From an uncultured Candidatus Saccharibacteria bacterium (GTDB lineage Bacteria; Patescibacteriota; Saccharimonadia; Saccharimonadales; AWTP1-31): a DNA stretch of 64,000 nt. The notes below the pieces were generated by a model. That model made no database searches and was not told the DNA's origin. It saw only the letters and a list, made by a program, of their open reading frames with translations. The position numbers were made by a program, and so were the translations under genes. The stretch spans positions 3,898 through 67,897 of the forward strand of contig CALCZR010000003.1 of NCBI GenBank assembly GCA_937903325.1, in the 5' to 3' direction. Positions 22,452-31,285 of the stretch are shown here, piece by piece. Each line of letters starts with the position of its first letter. Positions within the stretch are counted from its first letter, which is position 1.

Positions 22452-23095
22452 TGCCAGCAGCAACTATTAAGCCATCAGATCTTAAGCCAGGTCATCCTGC
22501 CGTTACTAAGTCTGGTCGTTGGACCGCTCAGGCTAGGCGTGTCCTTAACCGACCGATTCTCCGCAGTCGTTACCGGACGGGTGATGATGAGTTCAGAAAG
22601 AACCCTATTCGAAATACTCCGCTTCTGAATCAGATTGCAGATTATCTTGAAGTTTTCCCTGAAGCTTGGAACCAAACTGTATGGGGCGCTCCGAAGGAAA
22701 AGACTCCTTGTGGAACGGCTTTCTGTATTGCCGGTACCGCAGTTCATGAGACAAACTGGAAGCCAACGTATTCTGATACCGCATGGTTTGATGAGATCAC
22801 AGATCGATGGATGCCTGGGGATAACTGGGAAGAAATTACCAGAGGTAATGACGCTGTTGTTCTCGTCAATGTAGCGGCAGCTATTGAACTTGGTCTGACC
22901 AAGGCTGAGTCAAACTATCTTTTTGATGCTGAGTGGCGTCCTAAGAAAGGCCAGTCTGTCTCAGAGGTTCTACGTCTTATCGGCCAAGGTGCTCAAATCG
23001 AAACTCTTGGTCTTGGGGATGGAGCCTACGCCGAAGATATCGAAATTGAATATGAAGATGGCCATAAGATTCGAGTATCAGGAGTGAAGCCATGA
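22451..23095 (+). CDS. family-B-related protein (214 aa)
   Basis: LLNQIADYLEVFPEAWNQTVW...PCGTAFCIAGTAVH: same motif order as 8158 and 8866, with an N-terminal basic extension. Confidence 0.6.
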   Translation: MPAATIKPSDLKPGHPAVTKSGRWTAQARRVLNRPILRSRYRTGDDEFRKNPIRNTPLLNQIADYLEVFPEAWNQTVWGAPKEKTPCGTAFCIAGTAVHETNWKPTYSDTAWFDEITDRWMPGDNWEEITRGNDAVVLVNVAAAIELGLTKAESNYLFDAEWRPKKGQSVSEVLRLIGQGAQIETLGLGDGAYAEDIEIEYEDGHKIRVSGVKP

Positions 23096-23179
23096 CTAAA
23101 GGGAGTCACCGAGTTTCCTCGGTTTCTACAACTAGCTGTTAAGATTGCAGAAAGTAATGAGTATTATCCTAAGTGGAGG

Positions 23180-23491
23180 TTGGCTTCGATTGCTGTGAAA
23201 GGTGGGTCTGTTCTCAGTGTAGGGCAGTCACGTCTTAATAGTGATCCAAGTCAGTGCGACTTCAAGGTAGCAGGAGTTAAAGAGCTTATCAGTGTCCATG
23301 CCGAGAAGGATTGCCTATCAAGATGTGGCAATCCTTCTCGGGCGACCCTGTACCTGGCTAGAGTCGGTAGAAACGGGCTCCCAAGTATGGCAAAACCTTG
23401 CGTCAATTGTCAAAGAATGCTCAGAATAGCTGGCGTGCGACGGGTCATATATACCGTAGACGAACATACCTTCGCTACCTGGATACCTTGA
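23180..23491 (+). CDS. CMP/dCMP-type zinc deaminase domain protein, start codon unresolved
   Basis: SVHAEKD (HxE) and KPCVNCQRML (PCxxC) are the cytidine-deaminase-fold zinc motifs. Homology-like sequence extends upstream to 23096 in the same frame with no ATG, GTG or TTG. Confidence 0.6.
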   Translation: MASIAVKGGSVLSVGQSRLNSDPSQCDFKVAGVKELISVHAEKDCLSRCGNPSRATLYLARVGRNGLPSMAKPCVNCQRMLRIAGVRRVIYTVDEHTFATWIP

Positions 23492-23522
23492 CAGTCGCTA
23501 GTTTTTCTGCTAAAATAAGAGG

Positions 23523-23852
23523 ATGGCAGATTTACTAGAAAAAATTAATCAACGCTTAGATAAAACGAGCGACAATCCACCGTGTGTCAACCCTGGCCAT
23601 CTTTTTCTTGGTACGCCTAAAGATAACATGATAGATAAAGTCAATAAAGGTAGACATCTTTGGGGCGAAAAAGTGGGAACCAGCACACTATCAGATAGTC
23701 AAGTTTTTGAAATTTATAAACTTAGAGAAGAAGGACTTAGGGTAAATATAATTGCCGCCCAATTTGATGTTACTCCTGCTCATATTTCTGATATAGTGGG
23801 TGGAAGGGCACGCAAAAGAAACTATACAGATTATCATAATAAGTCCAGGTGA
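23523..23852 (+). pseudogene. N-terminally truncated HNH homing-endonuclease remnant
   Basis: CVNPGHLFLGTPKDNMIDK...LSDSQVFEIYKLREEG aligns with the C-terminal half of the intact HNH at 53131-53718 (CFNPKHLSWKTSAQNKEDK...LTEQDVMDIREKY). The catalytic N-terminal half is missing. AT-rich. Confidence 0.5.
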
Positions 23853-23867
23853 CATGAAAGAAGAAGG

Positions 23868-25952
23868 ATGATTCCACTTAAGAAAGATGTTGAAGTAGTT
23901 ATCAGCGACGAGTTTGATACGTCAGACTACTCAATGAATGCTACCGCTGAAGCATTCGCAGCAACCATTGATACTCTCTACACAGATAAAGTTCTGAGTC
24001 CTCTACGAGAGTACATGACGAATGCTGCTGATGCCCATGTGGAAGCAGACCATACAGAAGATTTCGAGGTTAAGCTTCCGACGGCACTAGAGCCGACCGT
24101 TACTATCCGTGACAAAGGTCCAGGTCTGAGCCACGAGCAGATTCTCAGTCATATGACCTGCTTGTTTAGTTCATCTAAAGGCCAGACTAACAAGCAGACA
24201 GGCTATCTTGGTCTAGGCTCTAAGTCAGTCTTTGCTTATACTGATGCAGCTACATTGAAGTCTCGTCACAAGGGCACTGAGCGTACATACTTTATCAGTC
24301 GTGCAGATTCTGGTACACCGAGAATTACTCTGACAAGTGAGAACCCCACTACTGAGCCTGATGGATTTGAGATCAGTTATGCTGTAAAACCCACAGATGT
24401 TAATGCTTTCAAGGAAGCAGCTTCATGGTTGAAGTTTGGTTTCAAGGGCTTTCCTGTGCAGCCTAAGTTCAATATGGCTATCGAGCCAACTTATGCTGCT
24501 AGCAGTCTGAAGTATTCAACCGATCAGGTTGAACTCTACCAGGGTTGCGAAAAGACTGGTGTATATGTTCGTCAAGGACCAGTCCTCTATCCTATCTCTG
24601 TTCGACCTGAATGGTTGGGCTACTACGGTACACTACTGGTGATTAATGTACCTATTGGTACCGTTGCTGTAGCTACATCCCGAGAAGCTCTTTCGATGGA
24701 TGATAAAACCACAGCTAAGATCAATAAGATCATCGCAGATACTAAACAGCACATTATTGATTCAATGGAGAAAGAGGTTGCCCAGGCAGCTTCTTTTGCT
24801 GAAGCTTGCATGAAATATCATGGAAAATATACTTTCTTTCGTGGTATTCAGCCGAAATATCAAGGTAAAGACCTTACTAGCTACGCTTACGTCGATCTAT
24901 CTGATGGTCTAACATATCACGATTCACCATCAAGTGGTTACCATGCTTACAGTAGAATGACATGTTATTGGAATCAGTTTGATAATTATCGTTTCTACTA
25001 CTTTGAAAAAGATGAAGAGACGCCTATTCGTAGCAAGAAACGGTGGGATGAAGAACTGGAGCGCCTGCGAGTCAGTCACCCAGAGGCAATCTGTCGCATC
25101 CTACGTGGAGCTACTAAAGCTAACCTGGCTAAGATGCAGAAAGAGCCTGGCTTCAGTAAAGATCAGTTCATTAAGTTCAGTTCTATCCCCGATCCTGGTC
25201 CTACACCACGTAAGCCATCTCTACGACCGAAAGTTCCGTTGAACACCAGTAAGCAGCTAAAGCCGTACGTGATCGAGAAGCACGGGTTTAGTGCTGCTGC
25301 ATGGTCCCAGGTGGACGTTCCTGCCGATGGCGAATATTACTGGTTGCCAGTGAGCAAAAAGTGTGGTAGTATTGAATGGAAGACAGGGCAACCCGGTGTC
25401 GGTCATGGTACCGATTGGTTCTGCAGTACGCTACAGTCGATGGTTTCGTATCTCAGTGCCGCTTATGTAAGTAAGCCGATGGCGGTGAAGCCGATTCTAT
25501 TGATGACAGCTACAGTACAGAAGCAGATCAAGCCTGAAGAATCTAAGCGTCTCGACAAGGCGATAAGCGTAGCAATTAAAGCTAATCTCGATGAAATGAA
25601 AGGCTACTATTTGAATCAATTCCTTCAGTATGGAACTGGTGCCGGTCTTTCATATGATGCACGCTCGATTCTCTTAACGGAAAATCTTCTTGTCATAACC
25701 CCGTTGAAACGTCCCCAGGACCACATGGGTGGTTATGGCAACCACAGTCATCTAGCCCAAATGCTAACTATGGTAGATGCTCTAGATGATACAGTCAAGG
25801 CTAACGAAGCGTTTCTAGAGCAGCTTCGTAAAGACTACCCTCTTCTCTTCAGTGCACCTTCTGAAAGAGAGCTATTGAAGAATTACATTCTTCTCGTTAA
25901 AGAAGCTAACAAGCAAAAAACAAGAAAAGGAAACACCCGTGTCAAAATTTAG
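23868..25952 (+). CDS. rIIA: rIIA-like protein with N-terminal GHKL (HSP90/histidine-kinase-like) ATPase fold
   Basis: REYMTNAADA (ExxxNAxDA), IRDKGPGLS (DxGxG), GYLGLGSKS (GxxGxG). About 700 aa and followed by an rIIB-like gene. Confidence 0.65.
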   Translation: MIPLKKDVEVVISDEFDTSDYSMNATAEAFAATIDTLYTDKVLSPLREYMTNAADAHVEADHTEDFEVKLPTALEPTVTIRDKGPGLSHEQILSHMTCLFSSSKGQTNKQTGYLGLGSKSVFAYTDAATLKSRHKGTERTYFISRADSGTPRITLTSENPTTEPDGFEISYAVKPTDVNAFKEAASWLKFGFKGFPVQPKFNMAIEPTYAASSLKYSTDQVELYQGCEKTGVYVRQGPVLYPISVRPEWLGYYGTLLVINVPIGTVAVATSREALSMDDKTTAKINKIIADTKQHIIDSMEKEVAQAASFAEACMKYHGKYTFFRGIQPKYQGKDLTSYAYVDLSDGLTYHDSPSSGYHAYSRMTCYWNQFDNYRFYYFEKDEETPIRSKKRWDEELERLRVSHPEAICRILRGATKANLAKMQKEPGFSKDQFIKFSSIPDPGPTPRKPSLRPKVPLNTSKQLKPYVIEKHGFSAAAWSQVDVPADGEYYWLPVSKKCGSIEWKTGQPGVGHGTDWFCSTLQSMVSYLSAAYVSKPMAVKPILLMTATVQKQIKPEESKRLDKAISVAIKANLDEMKGYYLNQFLQYGTGAGLSYDARSILLTENLLVITPLKRPQDHMGGYGNHSHLAQMLTMVDALDDTVKANEAFLEQLRKDYPLLFSAPSERELLKNYILLVKEANKQKTRKGNTRVKI

Positions 25953-26976
25953 TTACGTAGATGGCGTAGATGCACTCGTAATTGTTTCGACTCATCCTGA
26001 TTCGATGGGTCGGCAGTTCGTTGTAGATAAGTCAAGCGTCAATTATCCGAAGGTCAAGGAAGCTCTGAAGAAGTCTGATACGACTGTTCAGGAAATCGAA
26101 GACCTTATCACCCCTGCACGAGCAATTCAGAAGCAGATTGACAGTGAAGATTACCACGGTATCGAGATTATCGATGGTGTGCTTTACTACGAAGAGGAGC
26201 CTGTCATCGGCAGTCTTGCTACTCGTATTGTTCGGCTTCACTCCGAGGGTTTTGAGCTTGAACCTCTAGCGCTTTTTGCTGAGCGTCTCTGGCGTAACCC
26301 TGATCCTCGGGTTCGTGCAGAACTCGATCTCTTCCTAGAGGCTTGTGATCTTCCTATCACCCCTGATGGGTTCTTCCTGGCTTACAAGAAGGTCCGAGAT
26401 AATTACAAAGATATTCATTCTGGTACCTTTGATAACTCTGTTGGTACCACGCCGAGTATGCCACGAGATAAGGTCGATAATGACCGTAACCGTACCTGCT
26501 CGACTGGACTTCACTTCTGTTCGAAGAGCTACCTTCCGCAGTTTGGTGGCAGTTCTGGCTATCGTGTGATGATCGTCAAGGTTAGTCCTGAGGATGTTGT
26601 TGCTATTCCTTCCGATTACAAGAATGCTAAGGGCCGTGCCTGTAAGTATGAGGTTGTCGGTGAGATCGGTCACGAAGCTGCCCAGTCTCGTCAGTGGCCT
26701 GCGGTCAGTTCAGAATATGGTGCTCCACAGCCTGCAAAGATTGTCGGCGTCAGCAAGGCAACGAAGGCGGCTCCTAAGCCCGAGAAGAAAAAGGGTCCGA
26801 ACTCTGGTATTTACATTAATACTGTAGAGCTAGGCAAGCTTAGCCCCGTTTACTACGCTAATGGCGTGAAGAAGCACGGGACAGCCAAGGCTTGGGCCGA
26901 CTCTCATGGTTGGAGTCCTAGTACGGTACGTAATTGGAAGACTCGTCTTCTTCGTGCTGGCGCTAAGTTCGACTGA
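25939..26976 (+). CDS. rIIB: rIIB-like protein
   Basis: ITPDGFFLAYKKVRDNYKDIHSGTFDNSVG...CSTGLHFCSKSYLPQFGGS...VSPEDVVAIPSDYKNAKGRACKYEVV matches my recollection of the conserved T4 rIIB core; GTG start. Confidence 0.65.
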   Translation: MSKFSYVDGVDALVIVSTHPDSMGRQFVVDKSSVNYPKVKEALKKSDTTVQEIEDLITPARAIQKQIDSEDYHGIEIIDGVLYYEEEPVIGSLATRIVRLHSEGFELEPLALFAERLWRNPDPRVRAELDLFLEACDLPITPDGFFLAYKKVRDNYKDIHSGTFDNSVGTTPSMPRDKVDNDRNRTCSTGLHFCSKSYLPQFGGSSGYRVMIVKVSPEDVVAIPSDYKNAKGRACKYEVVGEIGHEAAQSRQWPAVSSEYGAPQPAKIVGVSKATKAAPKPEKKKGPNSGIYINTVELGKLSPVYYANGVKKHGTAKAWADSHGWSPSTVRNWKTRLLRAGAKFD

Positions 26977-27040
26977 TTCGGTAGACAACTGCAAGCCTGG
27001 GTATGCTTTTAACTGCCCACACTCTAAAGGAGAGTAAATT

Positions 27041-27262
27041 ATGAGCCCTTATTGCTGCTACAATTTCCCTGGTACAGAAAATCGTTGCCCAAATGACGCA
27101 ACTGTAGAAATTATCACGGTCAGAGACGGCGGTCGGCCGGGTGGGCCAGATCCGTACTGTGATGATACACATAGTTGTGATGACCACGTAGGGCTTTTAC
27201 TGGGTCATCAGCCTGAAGCTGTTAACCCAGAGCAAATCTATTGGGAAGTACATTCACTATGA
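27041..27262 (+). CDS. hypothetical protein (73 aa)
   Basis: AAAGGAGAGTAAATT-ATG. Confidence 0.6.
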   Translation: MSPYCCYNFPGTENRCPNDATVEIITVRDGGRPGGPDPYCDDTHSCDDHVGLLLGHQPEAVNPEQIYWEVHSL

Positions 27263-27549
27263 GTAAGAAACAAATCAAAGAGGATCTTCAGGGCGCTAGA
27301 GATCTGATCGAGAAGCACGGTTGGCGACAAGGTGACCTCGGTACGATTACCGAAGGATTTTGTATCCTTGGCGCTCTCGACTACCATCTTGTAGTAGTTG
27401 AGCATGATGCGAGTGTTGCTCGTGGTGAACGAGTCCTGCAGTACTTAGAATCATTTACTGGAGGCGATGTTGTCAGTTGGAATGACCTTGAAGGTCGCAC
27501 TAAGGAAGATGTTCTAGACCTCTTTGACCGGGCTATCGAATCACTATGA
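27259..27549 (+). CDS. hypothetical protein (96 aa), distant family A/B-like
   Basis: ATGA junction; HGWRQGDLGTITEGFCILGALDY. Confidence 0.55.
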   Translation: MSKKQIKEDLQGARDLIEKHGWRQGDLGTITEGFCILGALDYHLVVVEHDASVARGERVLQYLESFTGGDVVSWNDLEGRTKEDVLDLFDRAIESL

Positions 27550-27626
27550 AAATTCAAGATGCCATCAAGGCTTTTAACGCTGCTCGTGATGATCTACAAG
27601 AGGCTATTATAGCCACGGTTAGATGA
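27546..27626 (+). CDS. possible micro-ORF (26 aa)
   Basis: ATGA junction at 27546-27549; MKIQDAIKAFNAARDDLQEAIIATVR*. Confidence 0.3.
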   Translation: MKIQDAIKAFNAARDDLQEAIIATVR

Positions 27627-27639
27627 GTATGCTGATACC

Positions 27640-27921
27640 ATGGATTATCCGTGGATCAAGGATCTAGAGGTTCGGCCTTTAATCAATGAACTCGGAGATT
27701 GGGTAGATATGCGTGACCCTAATCAACCCTATGAGCTAAATGGCGTTGAGAGCAAGATTCTTCTGATGTCAGATGAAGCCTTTATGTCTTGGATGTGTGA
27801 AGAACGCCTCCGTATCGAGAAAGAACAACTAGGAGACGCTGAGCGGCATATTCAGCGTCTGACTCGTGATCTAGAATTTGCAAGAGAACGATTTAAACAA
27901 CTTAAAGGAGAAAAGAAATGA
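27640..27921 (+). CDS. hypothetical protein (93 aa)
   Basis: ORF; coiled-coil-like C-terminus. Confidence 0.55.
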   Translation: MDYPWIKDLEVRPLINELGDWVDMRDPNQPYELNGVESKILLMSDEAFMSWMCEERLRIEKEQLGDAERHIQRLTRDLEFARERFKQLKGEKK

Positions 27922-28313
27922 GTGGTGAATTTTATGTAGAGCCAGTCAGTGATGAGAAACTTGGTGTAACAACCGTGACAATCGCTGGCTATGTTGGATC
28001 TCATGTAGTAACTGGCACTGGCGCTAGCCGTTTGACCGCACCAGATAAGTTTGATGCAGACATTGGTGAGTCTCTAGCAACTGTGCGAGCGCTACGACAG
28101 GCTGCTGATAAGCTAGAGAAGAATACTCGACGGGAGATTGACCGGCGAGAAGCAAGGCGGGCTAAGCAGGCTGCAAGAGATGAAGAGCGTCGAGCTATTC
28201 GTGAAGCGCATAATGCCAAGGTTCGGCAGGAATTGATTGCTAAGGGTATCATTAAAGATCCTGCGGCGGGTTTTTGGGAGAAGTCTGTGGCTGACGCTCA
28301 GGGTCTAGTCTAA
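27918..28313 (+). CDS. DUF1876/Rv2632c-like domain protein with basic coiled C-terminus
   Basis: TGTGASRLTAPDKFDADIGESLATVRALRQAADKL resembles the G.G.A..NP.D...IG.ELA..RAL core of that actinobacterial family; assigned by eye. Confidence 0.5.
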   Translation: MSGEFYVEPVSDEKLGVTTVTIAGYVGSHVVTGTGASRLTAPDKFDADIGESLATVRALRQAADKLEKNTRREIDRREARRAKQAARDEERRAIREAHNAKVRQELIAKGIIKDPAAGFWEKSVADAQGLV

Positions 28314-28349
28314 GATCTCGTAAGAGAAAAATAAACAAGGAGAAATAAA

Positions 28350-28517
28350 TTGAGTAGTACACTAATTAATACAGATACACTAGGTAAACTATCTCGCACG
28401 AAGTTGCGTCGACTAATTAAAGAGAATGGCACCCAGGCTGCTCTGGCACGTTCTATTAATGTCAGTCCTTCAACCGTACGAAATTGGGGTCTACGACTTC
28501 GTAGGGTTAATTCATAG
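28350..28517 (+). CDS. small helix-turn-helix DNA-binding protein (55 aa, below track cutoff)
   Basis: AAGGAGAAATAAA-TTG 28350; GTQAALARSINVSPSTVRNW is a classical HTH. Confidence 0.5.
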   Translation: MSSTLINTDTLGKLSRTKLRRLIKENGTQAALARSINVSPSTVRNWGLRLRRVNS

Positions 28518-28575
28518 TTGCTAGACCTGAATATGTCGATAAACTATTCACTTTCTGCCGCATCAAACGTTTGGC

Positions 28576-28776
28576 GTGCATGTCTGGCACAGTGCAAGCG
28601 CACCTGATGGACGAGTTAATATCGTGGTCCATAGTAAAACAGGATTTGGGCACACTACACTAGATAATTGTGGGTATGACGAGCTAATCGCTATGAGTTA
28701 CCATCTTATCAAATGTGCTTCAGCCCTCAAGCACTATCAACTTACCGGAGAGTACAATGACTTTGCCAACACCTGA
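28576..28776 (+). CDS. hypothetical protein (66 aa)
   Basis: GTG-start ORF, no clear SD. Confidence 0.35.
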   Translation: MHVWHSASAPDGRVNIVVHSKTGFGHTTLDNCGYDELIAMSYHLIKCASALKHYQLTGEYNDFANT

Positions 28777-29002
28777 CTGTGAATACGGCTACACTGTAGA
28801 ACAAGTTAAAGAGATTATGGGCGATGATGTCCAGAAGTTCTATCACTGGATGCGTGGACAAACCATGACTATCTGTGAAGGTAAAGCCTATAACCATGAC
28901 ACTAAAGAGTATGAAGAAGCTTGTGGTGGCGTAAGTCATGGCTATGTTACCTATGGTTATGACATCGAGCGTTTCCTCGCCGGATTACCAGTAATTGACT
29001 AG
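28757..29002 (+). CDS. hypothetical protein (81 aa)
   Basis: GGAGAGTACA-ATG 28757; YHWMRGQTMTICEG motif. Confidence 0.55.
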   Translation: MTLPTPDCEYGYTVEQVKEIMGDDVQKFYHWMRGQTMTICEGKAYNHDTKEYEEACGGVSHGYVTYGYDIERFLAGLPVID

Positions 29003-29009
29003 GAGAATC

Positions 29010-29291
29010 ATGGTTGACACAGCAACAAAGATTTTTACATGTATAAGCTTGATCTTTCTATTTTTTCTGATTGTTGGTGGAATATCTTTAGCCATCCATA
29101 TCGATAATAGTCAGTTTGCTCCATCAGATATGTCACATAATCCTCGTAACCCTTTCCGAAAATGGGATTATTTCCGTAACGACGAGAACCAACGAGTAGT
29201 GCGTAATCGCAAAACTGGCCAAGAAGCCATTGTCCCAGATTTCTACGGTGAAGATATTGCACCTTACGTGGGGAAAAAGGAAGTCGAATGA
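29010..29291 (+). CDS. membrane-anchored protein (93 aa)
   Basis: AGGAGAATC-ATG 29010; TM IFTCISLIFLFFLIVGGISLAIHI. Confidence 0.55.
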   Translation: MVDTATKIFTCISLIFLFFLIVGGISLAIHIDNSQFAPSDMSHNPRNPFRKWDYFRNDENQRVVRNRKTGQEAIVPDFYGEDIAPYVGKKEVE

Positions 29292-29476
29292 GCACCCAAG
29301 ATAATATCGTTCAAGGAATAGAGAATCTTGACCAGGTTATCAATTGGCTGCATTCTCAACGAGAGGCTATTTTAATGGAGTCCGATGATTTTCTCGAATG
29401 TGTCATCAGCGACCTAGATCGTCTATCTAGTAATATTGATGCGCTCGGTGAAAGTCTAACAGACTACCTACAATAG
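29288..29476 (+). CDS. hypothetical protein (62 aa)
   Basis: ATGA overlap. Confidence 0.5.
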   Translation: MSTQDNIVQGIENLDQVINWLHSQREAILMESDDFLECVISDLDRLSSNIDALGESLTDYLQ

Positions 29477-29549
29477 AGCGAAACAAGGTTCGAAATTCAG
29501 GGGGGCGATTTTTGAAATGGCCGTTTTGAGAAACTAAAAAAGGAAAAAT

Positions 29550-30863
29550 ATGTCGTATCAAGCAATCGTAGCAACACTAGAAAACGTCCAGCCACACCCT
29601 AACGCAGATCGACTTCAGATCGCCACTGTTCTGAACGGCTCTCACAATATTGTTGTAGGTCTAGAGAACAAGACGGGTGACGTAGGCGTGTATTTTGCCA
29701 CTGATGGCAAGCTGTCAGAAGAATACTGCATCCAGAATGAACTCTTTCCAATCTATGACCAGTCTGGTGCTAAGATTGGTGGCGGTATGTTCGACCCGAA
29801 GAACCGTCGAGTCCGAGCACAGAACCTCCGTTCAGTCAAGTCTGATGGCTACTTCGCATCGCTAGACAGCGTAGCATTTACAGGAGTAAATCTTGAGGAT
29901 CTGTATGTCGGTTTCCAGTTCGATACTTTACATGATGTTCTGATCTGCGAGAAGTACTACACTCCGCAAACCCTACGTGCGATGAAGGGTGGTACAGCAT
30001 CAACTAAGAAAGTTTGTGCGATGCTTCCAATGCATCAAGATACGAAGCAGTTTGCGTATGAAGCTGATGCTATCCCGGTTGGTTCTATCTGTACTACTAC
30101 TCTGAAGATTCATGGTACTTCTCATCGTCTAGCTAATGCGCTAGTTGATGTGGAGCATCCTCAGAAGTGGCGTCACAAGATCCTCCGTAAGACTCCACGT
30201 ATCACGCAAGAATGGAAGATTGTTCACGGTACACGTCGTGTGATCCTCGGTGAGCATGACGAGAGAATGTCTTTCTACGGTACAGACAAGTTCCGTTACG
30301 ATGCTACAGCTTTCCTAGAGCCTAACCTGAAAAAGGGTGAGGTTATCTACGGTGAGATTGTTGGTTATGTGAATGATACTACGCTTGTCATGGGCGAAGT
30401 ATCTACTAAGGATCTGAAGAAAGACCGAGAGTTCAAGAGTTTCTTCGGAGGTACTATCCCCGAGACAATGAAGTACACGTACAATTGTCTACCTGGACAG
30501 GCTGATTTCTATGTCTATCGTATTGCTATGGCAGACGAAGAAGGTAATCTTGTAGAGCTTTCTTGGCCTCAGGTTAAGAAGCGTTGCCGGGAACTTGGTG
30601 CGAAATTCTGCCCAGACTTTGGTCTACTTCCTTACACTGTTTCGAAGAAGGAAGGTATCCTTGAACTTGAAGAGATCGTAGAGAACTTCAACTATGGTGC
30701 TGATCCTATCGACCCGAGTCATATTCGTGAGGGTGTAGTTGTTCGTGTTGATCAGCCTGATGGTTCAGTACGTTTCTTGAAGAGCAAAAATTATTTCTTT
30801 AAAGTTTTAGAATCTATTATTAAAGCTAATGAAGAATACGTCGATGTTGAAGAGGTTGGCTGA
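29550..30863 (+). CDS. ATP-dependent RNA ligase with N-terminal OB/tRNA-binding-like domain
   Basis: N-terminus VQPHPNADRLQIATV (tRNA-binding OB-like). Nucleotidyltransferase motifs TLKIHGTS (KxxG), REGVVVRVD (EGxxxK/R), FLKSKNYFFK (KxK). Architecture like Rnl5-type (DraRnl-like) ligases. Confidence 0.75.
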   Translation: MSYQAIVATLENVQPHPNADRLQIATVLNGSHNIVVGLENKTGDVGVYFATDGKLSEEYCIQNELFPIYDQSGAKIGGGMFDPKNRRVRAQNLRSVKSDGYFASLDSVAFTGVNLEDLYVGFQFDTLHDVLICEKYYTPQTLRAMKGGTASTKKVCAMLPMHQDTKQFAYEADAIPVGSICTTTLKIHGTSHRLANALVDVEHPQKWRHKILRKTPRITQEWKIVHGTRRVILGEHDERMSFYGTDKFRYDATAFLEPNLKKGEVIYGEIVGYVNDTTLVMGEVSTKDLKKDREFKSFFGGTIPETMKYTYNCLPGQADFYVYRIAMADEEGNLVELSWPQVKKRCRELGAKFCPDFGLLPYTVSKKEGILELEEIVENFNYGADPIDPSHIREGVVVRVDQPDGSVRFLKSKNYFFKVLESIIKANEEYVDVEEVG

Positions 30864-31285
30864 TGAAAACAATTAAGATCAAAGATTGGGTTGCGGCCCT
30901 ACGTTCAGGAGATTACAGCCAGTGTGCGGGTGCCCTTTGTCGTGCTGATGACATTACTGCAACAGTATCGTATTGCTGTCTCGGTGTTGCCGCTAAGGCA
31001 GCGGACGCTCTAGATATTGGTCGTATCCATGTTGAAACAAAAGATGGTGTAACACGCACTATCAACCTAGACCTTGGCCTACCAGAAATTACCACTCCTG
31101 CCCGTACTCTTGAAGAGGCTGCGGTACGATGGGTCAATGATACTGGAGACGTCCGTGGCTCTCTTCAGAAAAGGCTTGTTCTTCTTAATGATGATGGCGC
31201 AAGCTTTAGTGACATTGCTGACGAGATCGAGAAGTATTGTGATCCCGAAGCCGAGATTCAGTTCCTAGAGAAATCAGATTTCTAA
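30863..31285 (+). CDS. family-A paralogue
   Basis: IKDWVAALRSGDYSQCAGAL...YCCLGVAA; TGATG and TAATG junctions with the ligase and kinase genes. Confidence 0.65.
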   Translation: MKTIKIKDWVAALRSGDYSQCAGALCRADDITATVSYCCLGVAAKAADALDIGRIHVETKDGVTRTINLDLGLPEITTPARTLEEAAVRWVNDTGDVRGSLQKRLVLLNDDGASFSDIADEIEKYCDPEAEIQFLEKSDF

